From Octopus vulgaris (Eukaryota): a stretch of 64,000 nucleotides of DNA. Numbering within the stretch: position 1 is the stretch's first letter; each line of letters begins with the position of its first letter. The position numbers and the translations under genes were made by a program. The DNA lies in the NCBI GenBank assembly GCA_951406725.2, contig OX597819.1:70184001-70248000 (forward strand), given 5' to 3'. Positions 13,265 to 26,244 of the stretch are shown here, piece by piece. The notes below the pieces were generated by a model. The model was not told where the DNA came from. It saw only the letters and a list, made by a program, of their open reading frames with translations, and made no database searches.

Positions 13265-13508
13265 ATTCCGGACTAAACACATAAATGTGAAACAAGGTGG
13301 AAAAAAGAGTACTCAAATACCAGTGGTAGAGTAATATGCTTTATTCAAAGCAGCAGAAAATTCAACAAAACCTGTTACTCTGAGTTTCCCGTTGCCGTTC
13401 ATCGGACAGTTTTTGCCTGTTACTCTGAGTTTCCCGTTGCCGGCAACGGGAAACTCAGAGTAACAGAGTAACAGGTTTTGTTGAATTTTCTGCTGCTTTA
13501 AATAAAGT
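13265..13508. mobile_element. Penelope-type pLTR fragment with hammerhead variant and fold-back duplication
   Basis: Minus strand 13372-13409 reads ctgt-CCGATGA-acg gcaa cgg-GAAA-ctcagag-TA-acag; inverted duplication centred at 13441. Confidence 0.7.
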
Positions 13509-15442
13509 ATATATAAGGTCTGCCGTAGACAATATGTCTTTTTTTTTTTGTGGGGTCCGAAGGCTGGAAACGGAAGGGTGCCCCGAGCGGAACACATTCT
13601 AGCTACGCCAGTGGACCGAGTAGAAAGCACCTCTGGCGAGCGCACTTCGTACTAAATACGGATAGTTTTAGTTTCAGTTCCGCTGCGCAGCACTTAGGCA
13701 AGTGTTTTCTACCACAGACCCCGGTTAACCAATGCATTGTAAGTAGATTTGGTAGACAGAAACTGCGTGGAAGCCCATCATGTATAACAAGCCACTCCCA
13801 CTTCCCCCAGTCAGTGGCAGATGCAAGGGCATTGCTCTAGTTGCCCAGGCAAACACTCTTTCTAGCCGAGCCGACACCAAAATAATCGGGGCCAAGGATT
13901 TTCGGGCAGCTGTTTCATATGCATGTGATCTGCTACAACAAAGTTAAAATACATAAAGATGTGTCCATTTGTTACGAATTGCGATTCCTGTCTTATATAG
14001 TCTTTTTTTCGAAACTTTTGGGCAACACCCCACCAAAAAAAATCCTGGATCCCCCTCTGCCAGTAGCCATATAAATTTTCCACCGACCCCAGGAGGTGGT
14101 ACCACCCACTCTGGGAAACACCTGTTTATTTCATTAAACATATTGTAGCTGTGTTAGTTAAACATGTTGAATAATTAATGAGAGAAACAACTACTTTTGA
14201 TAATGTTTATTAATAACACTAAACGTTTTAAATATGCATTACGTATAATTTGTTATATCCTTTGTTGTGTGTGCTAATCACGAAATAATGAAATAGTCAA
14301 CGGAGGCGAGGTGAACAGTGTCATATAAATTAAAAACATTGTGTTCGGTTACATCAGAATTAATGTCTTATGGGGAAAATTGAAGGACGAAGAATATTTT
14401 ATTAAACGTGAATCTAAAGATACATAACCATGACACATGGCCACCGGCTGCTATAAGTAAAGTTACTGTGGAGAGTTAAATTTCAGGGTTTTGATAAGCC
14501 CACCAAAAGGTTCCAAAATGTCTCATGAAGTCTTTAAGCGCGAAAATTAATCTTATCTTTTTGTCTGTCAACGCCTGTCAAAAATCTGATGTAAAAAAAT
14601 GATTGATTGGGCAAATGTCAATAGGTATTACAGGAGTGGAACCAAAATAATTCTAGTCAACGTTAGCAGATATTGTAATCTAAGTGGCCAGCGGTTTCAC
14701 TTTCGAACTTCAATATTCCAGGTTCGAATTCAAGGAAAGCTATCTGCTAAAATACAAAAACAACTTCTGTCTTTCATAGCCAACCCAGGAACGTCTATGC
14801 AACAGCTCGACTTAATAAAAATAGCACCAGATCATATATAGTTCTAGATACATTATGTCTGAGAAAAAAGACGATATGGTCACAGACAGGCTTTCATAAT
14901 AGGTCCATAAGAACTTTTAAAAGTGAAAGGCATCATTACGAACCTTTCACATTCGTGTATATTTCCCCTGCGCCCTAACAGCTATACGGGCTTATTACTG
15001 CAAGTGCCGCCTCCATAAAAGCGTTTCCCGGGCGGATTGCTTCAATTCCCTACACCATAGTTATGCTAGTTATGTCTCGTTTGCGACCGAAGCTACACAT
15101 CGAGGACTGAGATATGCAGTCATTAAGGAGTCACAATTGAAGAATAGTGTCGTCGTTGAACTTGATGAACAACTATAAACAAACAAGCAAGTTAGCTGGA
15201 TCAGTGCTGGCTCAGGGCTAAACAATAACAACCTTTGATTACTCACTTAAAATCTTCTGAGAGACAATTGTCTGACGCAAGTAGCAGCCAGTTTTTGTTG
15301 TTTCCCAACATTTGTCAGTTTAGGGAAAATATCTCCAATGGCTTTTTCATCCATGTATTGTGTGTCAACGTTTAAAACAATGCCGTGTAATGTTTCGTTT
15401 TTCTGTTGTAATCTTTTATTTTCATATATAACATACAAACAT

Positions 15443-16160
15443 AGTGGCAGACTGGCCAGGTTGCCAGCTTGCCCGATGGCAAGTGGGCCCCTGCGCCATT
15501 AGAATCCATATATGACGGCCCGTGTTAGTATCTAAGGGGCCTATCCCCTCAAGTTTGAATTTGTTTTTTAATTAACTCCTGAAAGAGTGCATTAATTACT
15601 TTAGCCTGAGTGTGTTTGTAGACAGTTGAAAGGAATACTTTTAACAAAAAGAAATTAGACGATAGCATTGTAGTTGCGGGTGGTCCCCTTGAAGTTACGG
15701 TTGGGCCCCCTTAGTTTCTTGGCAACCAAGATGGCAGAAATGTTAGCACGGCGGGCGAAATGCTCAGCGGTATTTCGACTGCCGCTACTTTCTGAGTTCG
15801 AATTCCGCCGAGGTCGACTTTGCCTTTCATTCTTTCGGGGTCGATAAATTAAGTACCAGTTATGCACTGGGGTCGATGTAATCGACTGAATCCGTTTGTC
15901 TGTCCTTGTTTGTCCTCTCTCTGTTTAGCCCCTTGTGGGTAGTAAAGAAATAGGTATTTTGTCTGCCGCTACGTTCTGAGTTCGAATTCCGCCGAGGTCG
16001 ACTTTGCCGTTCATCCTTTCAGGGTCGATAAATTAAGTACCAGTTATATACCGGGGTCGATGTAATCGACTTAATCCTTTTGTCCTTGTTTGTCCCCTAT
16101 ATGTTTAGCCCCCCTATGGGCAATAAAGAAATAGATATTTTTAGACCCAGTCCGCCACTG
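15443..16160. mobile_element. Non-autonomous hAT-like DNA transposon interrupted by a family B SINE (15731-16136)
   Basis: Ends tagtggcagactgg / ccagtccgccactg form an inverted repeat; internal gggccc motifs; degenerate TSD caaacat/caaatat. Confidence 0.55.
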
Positions 16161-16369
16161 CAAATATGTACATCTTTGAGAACATTATCATTTTATAAGA
16201 CTCTGCTGGCAGGTTTTTAAATAAGATTATTTACATGAAAGAAAATTACCAGAGAGCTTTCATTTAATTTTTCCAAATCTTTTTGTTAAAACTGTATTGA
16301 AACCATTTGTGAGAATTCTTTTTCTTTTAGCACAGCAACTGGTCGCACACCACAAGGTTTAACGGAATC

Positions 16370-16950
16370 TACTGAAGCAAGCCAGCACGCTCGCAGCATT
16401 AGTACGGGTGATGGCGAGGCTAAAGCGTTGCAAAAGCCAAGTGCCCACACGGGCATTGCCTAACACCTCGATGAGGCGAGCTGCCAAGTTGACAAGATCT
16501 TCGCGGTTAATGGCCCAGTCCCCCCGAACGTTTTCTTCCTTTCGGCTACGGAAGCAGTGACCTCATTAGCTGCAACATCCAGGATGTGGAAGAGAGCAAA
16601 GGAGTCACAGACAGACTGTGACGTCCCAAATGAGGCACCTACCTCTAACCCAGGGACAGAGGGTAAGACCATCTGGTCTTTTTCCATCACTTCTGGGTAG
16701 ACCCGATGGCTCCAGAATTGAGAATATATGAATCCGAGCCTGGGCCTGCTTAATGATTAAATTTAACTCGGTGTGACGAGCGAAGCCACTAGCATTTAGG
16801 CGACAAGACAGACCGTGAAGACCTGTGGAGTCGAGGGGCCTACCACAACGTCATGTCAGCTCCACTCTCAGTGCGATGGAGATACGGAATTCATTTAGAC
16901 TGAGTAGACCTCCAATGCTGGCCACATGTAGGGCATCAATCCCCTGAAAA
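16370..16950 (-). mobile_element. CRE-clade-like non-LTR retrotransposon 3' relic (zinc knuckle plus restriction-like endonuclease)
   Basis: Manual translation CGRPLDSTGLHGLSCR..RH..LEPSGLPRSDGKRPDG..PW..G.CLIWDVTV / CDSFA ... QRFSLAITRTNAASVL; frameshifted. Confidence 0.8.
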
Positions 16951-19336
16951 TTTTGCACTAGCTCTAGTCTTCGTCGTTGTTGCTGTTGCCGAGCCTAAAG
17001 TAAACTCAAACTGAGCACAGCTATAACGAAAGTTATTCCAGCCGTGACTGTCGCGTTTTTTTTAGGACTACATTATCCATTGTGTTCAGAATTTCCTTAA
17101 CTTTATCGTGTGTGACTTCAAGATTTGGCTGCTACCTCTAGCAGGTTGTAAGCCCACATAAAACCTCACTCAGACATTAGTTGTGAGAAGATGCAAGTAT
17201 AATATTTTTTTATCTTTTAACCTCGTCATCTAAAAATGAAGCATTTTTCTTTCAATATTTGCATCTAGAAAACATTGCTTCATCAAAATCTTCTCTATTC
17301 TCCATTATATAATTCCATTCATATCTAGAATGCATTTATCGGAATGTAAATCGATTCCAGCGCTTGCCTGATACTTCGATCGGTTTAATCTTTCCTTGTC
17401 ACCAGATATCATATTCCTAGATCTATATGAAGCGTGTCGCTTATTGTTGAAGTTAATGCTCGGTAATATAATCTTATTAACAACTCGTCCCAGACATTTA
17501 GATATTTAATCGAACAGTTGTAGTTTTTAACGTTACATAACTGTCGTTTATTTGCTCTGTAAAGTACAAGACTAGCCAGAGATTCACACACATAGATTAT
17601 CTTCGTAGCCGGAGTTTTTCGGTCAATTGGCGACCATAGCAGTGTATATATAAACGAGAGCAATTTACAAACAATTTATAGTTTGGAATGCGTACATGTT
17701 CAAATATTTTTTATTTGTGGTTTCCAGTCAATAAACGACCTTGACATTCCGTCTCTGATTTTTGTTTCTTTATTTTTTTCAACTTAGAAATCAATTCCGA
17801 AACCGCGTCGAAAGCAATGACAGACGAAAACCGATGCATGTTTATCAACTTCTGGTTGTGTTACGAGGAAAGTGTTGACTGATCAGTTGTAATAACAAGT
17901 TGTGAGGTGAAAATGATCTTCTAGAATGTTGGGTAATAACATCCAAAATATTTAAAATATATCATGTGTAATATGTTTTGTGTAAGAATCAAAAACTAAT
18001 GAAACAATTGGAAGATAAGAGCAGAAAGGTTTCATATAAATGTAAGACAAAGTCTCCAAAAGGGAGACTGTTGAGGGATGAGGAATATTTTTTTAAACAT
18101 GGGCCAAAAGACATAGTCTTTGGCTACAACAAGAAAAGTCCCTATAGAGAGCTGAAAATGTTCTAGAATGTTCTATAAAATCATGCATCCGAAATTTTAT
18201 CTTTTCTTTTTACTTGTCAACGCTTATCAAAAACTAAATTCAAACTTGGCAGTAAAAAATGTCAGTAGGCATCATAACAGAGATCATTTCACAGAATGCA
18301 AGGCACTTGCTTTGATAACTATTTCTCCAAACTGAATTAGCCAAAACCAACTCTGATCAGCAATACCTAATATATATTTATTATATACGCCAGTGGGTTT
18401 AACTTACAAGCTCAAACATTCCCTGTTTAAATTCAAGGAAGGCTATTTACAACAAGCCATATGCGAAATCAAAAAGATGTGTTGGTTTCTATCTGATAGA
18501 ACCGGAGTAAACCCTTTTCACAATCATAAACTCAAACAGATAGAACTGGTGAACAAAAGCGTCAATGAATTTAATCGTAGAGTCAGTCATCATACTTAAA
18601 AATTCTACCTAGTCGAGAAACTAATATTGAAAGCAGAATCAAAATACTTGTTGATGTATTCGTGACAGTGGAAACTATAAAGACTTAGTGATAATAAATC
18701 CTTACTATCAGCATGTTTCTGATACTCTTGGACACACACAGTACCAATGCGCCAATATCACCATCATCATCATTATTATTTAAAGTCTGTTGCCCATGCT
18801 GGCATGGGTTGGACGGTTTGGCCAGACCTGGCATGTTGGAGAGCTGCACCAGACTCCAGTGACAGTTTTGGCATGGCTTCCGCAGTTGGATGTCCTTCCA
18901 AATGCTTACATAGTGTACTGTTTGCTTTTTACAAGCAACCAACACTAGTGTGGTTACCAACAGTTAGTTGTATTACTACTTCCTCCCTTTAATACGGCTA
19001 GCTCTCCACATTTAATCATTCCACTTCTGAACTTCTCTGCATTATGATCTAAAATGCAAGATCATTTCTACCCTGATAACGGAGGATTGATTTATTCAAT
19101 GTTGATTGTTTCAATTACGGCCGCATATTGTGATGAACTGCATCTACCAGCATTATGATGGATCTCTGAGCACCCCAAAACAGCTGTTGGACTTATAACA
19201 CCTTTCTTCCACCCTTTTGATTTTCTCTGTCGTTTGTACTTTGTGCAAATTGGATCTATTAACATATATATATTCATTCGCAAATATACATTGTCCATAC
19301 AAAAAAGTCTCCACTTCTTGCTTTCTCTCATTTTTC

Positions 19337-19382
<46 letters not shown>

Positions 19383-19478
19383 TTTGTATTTCATACCCAC
19401 ACTGTTATATTTAATATATCTAATTTATTTGCATAAGGTCTCTCTGTCTATATATATATATATATATATATACATATA

Positions 19479-19582
19479 TAATTAAGGGTACTAACAAGCA
19501 GTACCAACATGCTAAATATAGCAATCATTTTGACTGCTGTATTTAGCATATGCCAGTACTGCTTGTTAGTATCCTTAATTAT
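19479..19582. repeat. Fold-back inverted repeat (~45-bp arms), apparently related to the 5160-5568 element
   Basis: taattaagggtactaacaagcagtac / gtactgcttgttagtatccttaatta; flanked by (TA)n. Confidence 0.85.
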
Positions 19583-20244
19583 TAAATGATAATTTTTTAC
19601 CGTTATGGGTCTTTTACATATGCTAAGCCATTCATATTGTAAACAATAATATCCTCACATCTATCTATATATATATATATGTGTGTATGTATGTATGTGT
19701 GTGTGCATATATATATATATATACATACATTGGGATTCTTTCAGTTCTCGTCTGCCAAATCCACTCACAAGGGTTTGGTCAGCCCAAGGCTATAGTAGAG
19801 GACACCTACCAAGGTGCCATATATATATATATATATATATATATCATGTATATATATCATTATCATCCATATATGTTTGTGTGTGTTTATATGTTTATAT
19901 ATTAAATTGTGATGATGATTTTAAATAGATAGATAGATAGATACACAGATAGTCCTTATAAAATTAAATTAATAGGATACTGGGCAAACATCAATATCTT
20001 TATCATCATCATTGACATAGTCGTCAGCTTAAGATTACTCAGACAAATATGCACCCACCCACCCACACACACACACCTTCAGCATACACCAGGTTTGTCA
20101 CATCTGCGGTGGATTACAATAATGTTTGTAATAGCATTAACAGTGCTGTAGGATGATGTGGAGGAGGGAGGGCATGGTTAAGTGTTGTTGCTTCTGTTGT
20201 CGTTCTTGTGACTATAGTAACAACAATTAATGTATCTGCTTCTC

Positions 20245-20812
20245 TTGGGTTGTCCAGAAAGTTCGAGCTGATTTTTAAAGGAAAGAAAAAGGTCAATAAA
20301 TACTTGCCATTACATTTTTAATCAACCAAATATGAACCATTTTGTTGAACAATGCGTCTCCATCTTTCCTTTAACTTGAAAATACCCTCTCCCCAGAATT
20401 GAGGTGGTTTCATGGCAAAGAATTCATCAAGGTATCTTTTTATGTCATCCTAGGAATTGAAATTTTTTACCATTAAGACTACTCTGCAGAGACCTGAATA
20501 AGTGGAAAATCTGAAGGAGCAATATCTGGTGAATATGAAGGGTGGGGTAATACATCCCAGCCGAGCTGCAGCAATTTTTGTCTGGTTCCCAAAGCATCAA
20601 GTGCCGAAAATGAACTTTCTTATCTTCCATTTTAAAGGGTTACAGAATTAACACAGCTTATAGGAACATATACCTTCTTCCATGAAAAGATAGCTTAAAC
20701 TGTGCTCTAAATGGAGGTGTAGTCAAATCCTATTTTATGGACTAAACCATGTTCTAAAATTAGTCGAAAGGTAAGCTACTATAAATAGGCACAAACTTTC
20801 CGGACAACCCAA
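20245..20812 (-). mobile_element. Mariner deletion derivative
   Basis: TIRs ttgggttgtccagaaagtt / aactttccggacaacccaa|ta; transposase N-terminus MEDKKVHFRHLMLWE joined to the HPSYSPDIAPSDFHLFRSLQ region. Confidence 0.9.
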
Positions 20813-22262
20813 TATATTAATTAACCAAACATTTTTTGAAAAAAGAATTCATGATGTTGATGTTTAAATTGTTGTTTGAGATATAGGCATGGCTGTATTG
20901 GTAAAAAGCTTTCTTCCCAACCACATGGGAAGAAAGATGCTTGGCATCTTGGGCAAGTGTCTTCTACTATAACCCTGATCTGAGCAAAGCCTTGTGAATG
21001 GAGTTGATAGTTGGAAACTGAAAGAATCCCATCGCGTGTGTGTTTTGTGTCTGTGTTTGACTCCTACCACCACTTGACAGCCGGTGTTGGTTTGTTTACA
21101 ACCTGGTAACATAGCAGTTTGGCAGAAGAGATCAAGAGAATAAGTACCTGGCATAAGGAAAAAAATAAGTTCTGGGGTCAATTTGTTCCAGTAAAATTCT
21201 TCGTGGTGGTGCCCCAGCATGGCCAGAGGCTGAACCAAGTAAAAGATAAGAGATAAAAGATTTAACTGTTAGAGTAGTGGTCAGGTACTTTACAATTAAT
21301 GTGTCAAATCCTTTTGTTCTAAATTCAATTTCTGCCACAATTAACTTCATTTTATTTATTTATTTATTTATTTATTTTTTGTCATTGCATGATCAATAAT
21401 ATAAACTACCACACAAATACTTGCTCCATTCAGTTTCCCATTTTCTCTCCTTGACTTTGTAATATTTGTACCAAGCTAAAGGTGGGGGGAGCTGGCAGAA
21501 ACATTAGCAGGCTGGTTGAAATGCTTAGCAGTATTTCATCTGTCTTTTATGTTCTGAGTTCAAATTCTGCCACGGTCAACTTTGCCTTTCATCCTTTTGG
21601 GGTCAATAAATTAAGTTCCAGTTGCGTCCTGGGGTCGGTTTAATCGATAAGCTCCCTCCCCAAAAATTTCAGGCCTTGTACCTAGAGTAGAAAAAATATT
21701 TGTACCAAGCTTTTTGTTCTGAGTTCAAATCCTGGCTAAGTCAATTTTATCTTCTATTCTTCCTGGGTAGATAACCAAATACCACTTAAGGACCAGTACT
21801 GACTCCATTCGTCCTTTCTTCTCTCTTTCTCTCTCTTTTTCAGATTGGTAGCACTATGAAATATCATTGAGGTCCACTTACAATGTTTATTTTCTTCAGA
21901 AATGGAAAAGGGCTGAGCTAAAGCAGGGGTTCCTAAACTGCAATAAAATCTATTCCCACTGGGTAAATTTTCCTACATTCGAGTAAATCAGCCTGACTCT
22001 AGATTAGTACATATATTTCATCAATATTTAACATCAACGTTTTTCATATGCTTGCATGTGTCAGATGGAATTTGTTGAGGCAGATTTTCTTCAGCCAGAT
22101 GCTCTTCCTGTCACCAACTTTCCTGCTTCCAAGGGAGATAATATTTTCCCACAGCTCAACATGTCTTGTTTTCACGGAAGATTAGAAATGAACAACCTTC
22201 ATGACACCCATTTATAACCATCATATGATATCTAGACATGGATACACACACACAAACACATG

Positions 22263-22296
<34 letters not shown>

Positions 22297-22578
22297 TAAA
22301 CAGTAAAAATAATTACAGACATGGACAAGAACATGAAACACCACAGAGACGACACAAGAACCACAGGACGGGACATTCGAAGCCCTCAGTCATCAGTCAA
22401 GAACCAGATCATCTTAGCAATTTCGGCTGATTAATCTTGAGATTGCTCCGATATGGGCAGCCCATATATATATATATATATATTCTTTTACTTGTTTCAG
22501 TTATTTGACCGTGGCCATGATGGAGCATCACCTTTTGATTCTAAACCTAGCTTCCACACCCTAAATTTCTTTTCTAGA

Positions 22579-22624
<46 letters not shown>

Positions 22625-22726
22625 TCTAGTAATGGTAAGAAAACAAAAGAATGAATGAGACCTTGATATTATGTAAATAAAGGAATTTATCTGTAATATA
22701 ATATGTGACAATTATTCGGTTGCCAT

Positions 22727-22787
22727 AATAAGACTCCAAGTTTCGGATGTTGGGGAGAAAAACTGCTCCGGTATTTTGTCAGTTATC
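22727..22787 (-). ncRNA. Degenerate type I hammerhead ribozyme
   Basis: gataa-CTGACAA-...gga..tcc-GAAA-cttggag-TC-ttatt; helix I pairs, G8 mutated. Confidence 0.45.
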
Positions 22788-22796
22788 GAGGCAATC

Positions 22797-23549
22797 AAAA
22801 AAGAGCATTTAATCAGATGTTGTGTGCAAGAGAGACGTTTGCACTGGTATGGTCATGTACTACAGATGGATGAGGAGAGATGTGTGAAGAAGTGCCACTC
22901 CCAAACAGTAGAAGGAATCCAAGGGCATGGTAGACATAGGAAGACATGGGGTGAGGTGGTCAAGCATGACCTTCGAACACTGGGCCTCACAGAGGCAATG
23001 ACGAAAGACCAAGATCTCTGGAGATATGCTGTGACTGCAAAGACCCGACAAATAACTTGAGTTCATAGTTGTTTCCTGCACCAGATTCGCATAGCAGCCC
23101 CAGCCCATCCAAAGTGTCTTGGATTGCAGAACGACCTGCTGTGCTTACCTTGGATTGTAGGGTGACCTGCTGTGCTTGAGGAGACCTATTGAGTCAAGTA
23201 CATCAACATCAAAATAAATATCAAATGGAAATTATAGTTGTGACACCTGTGCTGGTGGCATGTAAAAAGCACTATCCAAACGTGGCCAATGCCAGTGCTG
23301 CCTTCACTTGCTTCCGTGCCGGTGGCACGTAAAAAGCACCAACCAATCGTGGCCGCTGCCAGCTTTCCCTGGCACGTAAAAATCACCCACTACATTCACA
23401 GTGTGGTTGGCGTTAGGAAGGGCATCCAGCTGTAGAAACACTGCCAGATCAAACTGGAGCCTGGTGCAGCCTCCTGGCTTCCCAGACCCCAGTTGAACTG
23501 TCCAACCCGTGCTAGCACAGAAAACGGACGTTAAGCGATGATGATGATG
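22797..23549 (+). mobile_element. RTE LINE 3' fragment with long structured 3' UTR (same family as 2870-3967). Tails also at 4130, 18765, 24805, 34555, 36305, 43757, 45808, 57975, 59258, 62550, 63135
   Basis: RRLHWYGHVLQMDEERCVKK..RKTW..WR motif; gtggcacgtaaaaagcacc repeats; (gat)n end. Confidence 0.88.
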
Positions 23550-24577
23550 CATATGCTTGTCGTAAAATCTCAAGAAGAGATCAGAGTAGTAACTATAATA
23601 ACAAGTAAAGACAATCACCACATCAAAATGGCTGCTCCATGTTACTACTAATTTAACCCCAGGCAGATTGTCTCCCAGCTGGTTATCAGTGCTATGCTGC
23701 GCCTTTTATATACAATACATATTGTTAGCAGAGGGAGCAAACACCTACCATCTTCTAACAGACACCAGGATTGTGAGACTGACTCAGTTTCAAGCTGCTT
23801 GGCTCATCCTCAGTCACAAACACCCTGTCACCAGAGCAATAGCCAAGGTCTGCTCTCCAGCCAGCGATATATTGTAAACAAAGTGACCACCGGTCACTGA
23901 TTTGCAGGCTTCATTCAGTTTCTGTCTATTAACTCTACTTGCAAGGCTTTGGTCAGTCCAGAACGACAACAGAAGACATTTGTTCAAAATGCCACGCAGT
24001 GGGACTGAACCCCACACCACATGATTAGGAAGCAAACTTCTTAACCACACATCCACACCTACACATTTTTTTTATCACTTATAATTTCTAAAGTTGAGAA
24101 AAAAAATTTCACATTGGCCTATTTTGTAAAAAAGATATTCTATTCCTACCAACAAGAATATAATGACCTGTGTTGTATATTTAATTAGTGTTGGTAATTG
24201 GGTTATCTAATTAAGATTATTATTATTTGGGTAGTCTAATTAAGGAAGGGTGTCTTCATTTTTTGTTGATAAGTGAAATAACATCATTGCGTTGTAATTA
24301 TAATTTTTGTTATCAAAACTTAAAATAGTAATATTTAAAACAATGACATAGATTTCCCTACATCTGATATGTTGGCATGGCAACAAGCTGGCAGAATCAT
24401 TACCATACCAGAAAGAGTGCTTAGCGGTATTTCTTCTGGTTCTGAATTCAAATGCAGTCCAGGTCAACTCTGCCTTTCGTCCATTTGGGCATGATGAAAT
24501 AAGTACCAGTTGAGCATTTGCATTGATGTAATTAACTTTGCTCCTCCCCTCAAAAACTTGTGCCATAATTCCAAGAA

Positions 24578-24620
<43 letters not shown>

Positions 24621-24621
<1 letters not shown>

Positions 24622-24795
24622 TGAGTGAGAGAGCAGGGCATGCCATCAAAGTGACACTGGGGTAAAATATACAAAGCCCAGTATACCCACCATGACTACC
24701 CATCCGATAAAGGTACACCAGACACATACATCACAACCATATGTGTGTGACATGGTGATCTCATATCAACATAAACAGCGCATGACCTCGCAGGT
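24621..24795 (-). mobile_element. Short retroelement 3' end associated with (TAA)n; second copy at ~58635-58813
   Basis: Two homologous ~175-bp segments (catcaaagtgacactggggtaaaatatac...aaacagcgcatgacctcgcagg), both abutting (tta)n. Confidence 0.55.
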
Positions 24796-25718
24796 AGGAC
24801 TTTTTACATCCAGCTGTAGAAATCATGCCAAAACTAACCTTGCCTGTGCTAGTGCCAGATAAAAAGCACCAAGTCCACTCTGTGAAGTGGTTGGTGTTAG
24901 GAAGGGCATCCAGTCGTAAAATTCTTGCCAAAACAGACACAGTAGCTTAGGGTAGATTTTCTCCCTGACTGGTTCCTGTCAACCATCCTATCCATGCATG
25001 CATGGAAAATGGACGTTAAACGATGATGATGATGATGATGATGAAAATAGTCCATCAAGAATTACATCATCCAGTGTGTCCCCTCTGTTTTAAATCCTTA
25101 GCTTGTCCTGTGTCACGTGTGATATTCAGAACATATTTCCTCAGAATTCATGCCTCATATATGATACGCATTCTTAATTTTTGTCAACCACCAGAGTAAC
25201 TTAGAGACTTAGCACATGAAACACAGAGTGACTAAAAGCCTGAAAGCAAGCAAAGACATTCAGGAAAAACTAATTAAAATGCTTTGGACAAGCAAAAGGT
25301 TAAAATGGTATAATTTGAGGGAGATTTGACAGCAATTTCTATAACTACACAAAAGTCTATCTATTAGATTTTGGTGTGTTTGTAGTTGCTATGTTTGAGG
25401 ACTGACCTATCAAATCCATTCTACATATGATCATTCCATATGGTTATAGACCCAAAACTGCATAATCCGATGTTTCATGCCCTGTGGCTTAGTGGTGAGG
25501 GTGATTGTAAGATTGTGGTTTCAACTCCTGAACCACACAGTGTAATGTGTTCTTGAGCAAAACATTTCGTTCCACATTACTCCAGTCTGCTCAGTTGGCA
25601 AAAGTGAGTAATCCTGCAATGAAGCGGCATCCCATCCAGGGGGAATATAGACACCACAGAAATCAGGAAACTATGACACATGTGGCTTGAGAAGGAGCTT
25701 TATCTATTATCCTAATTT

Positions 25719-26244
25719 TTAACCCTTTCATTACTATATTTTTGTCGAAAAAACACTGCTTTTGTTTTAATTAAATTTTAAAATAAAAAAAAAATTAATA
25801 AACAAACTTTGTCATTATTAAGTTTTGTGTTTGGAGCATAAATTAATAGGAAATTTCAATGGTAGATTCTAACATAAATCACATCAACAAGAAGTTTGCA
25901 TCATAGAATTCAAGGCAGTCTCAAACAGATTGGAATCAAAAGGATTAATCCTTTTCTTACCATACCTCTACAGAAATACACATTTTGAAAATAATGAAGA
26001 ATTTAATAAAATAGTTGTCATGATTAAGCAAATGTTTTGAAAAGTTTTAATTTAGATCACTTGAAACCCCCCCCCCCCAAAGTTCCATTGAAATACCCTG
26101 TCCTTGTTTCAGTTGATTTTTAGAATAATGAAGAATTTAATAAAATCAATTATTATTAAGTTGGTGTTTGGAATATAAATTACAAGAAATTTTGATGGCA
26201 GCTTTTAATTTGGATCACTTAAAAACAGGTATCAAAAGGGCTAA
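25719..26244. mobile_element. Tandem or nested piggyBac-like MITEs
   Basis: ttaa-cccttt... and ...atcaaaagg(a/g)(t/c)taa ends; repeated internal gtcattattaag..gtgtttgga..ataaatta units. Confidence 0.5.

Noticed and set aside
13520-14126. Isolated hAT-like terminal sequences (ctagctacgccagtg, ctggatccccctctg, ctgggaaacacctg)
   Set aside because: Single ends without partners or TSDs; elements cannot be delimited
19125-19195. AAAA-cagctg-TT palindrome resembling hammerhead helix III
   Set aside because: Core and helices I and II too degenerate to support
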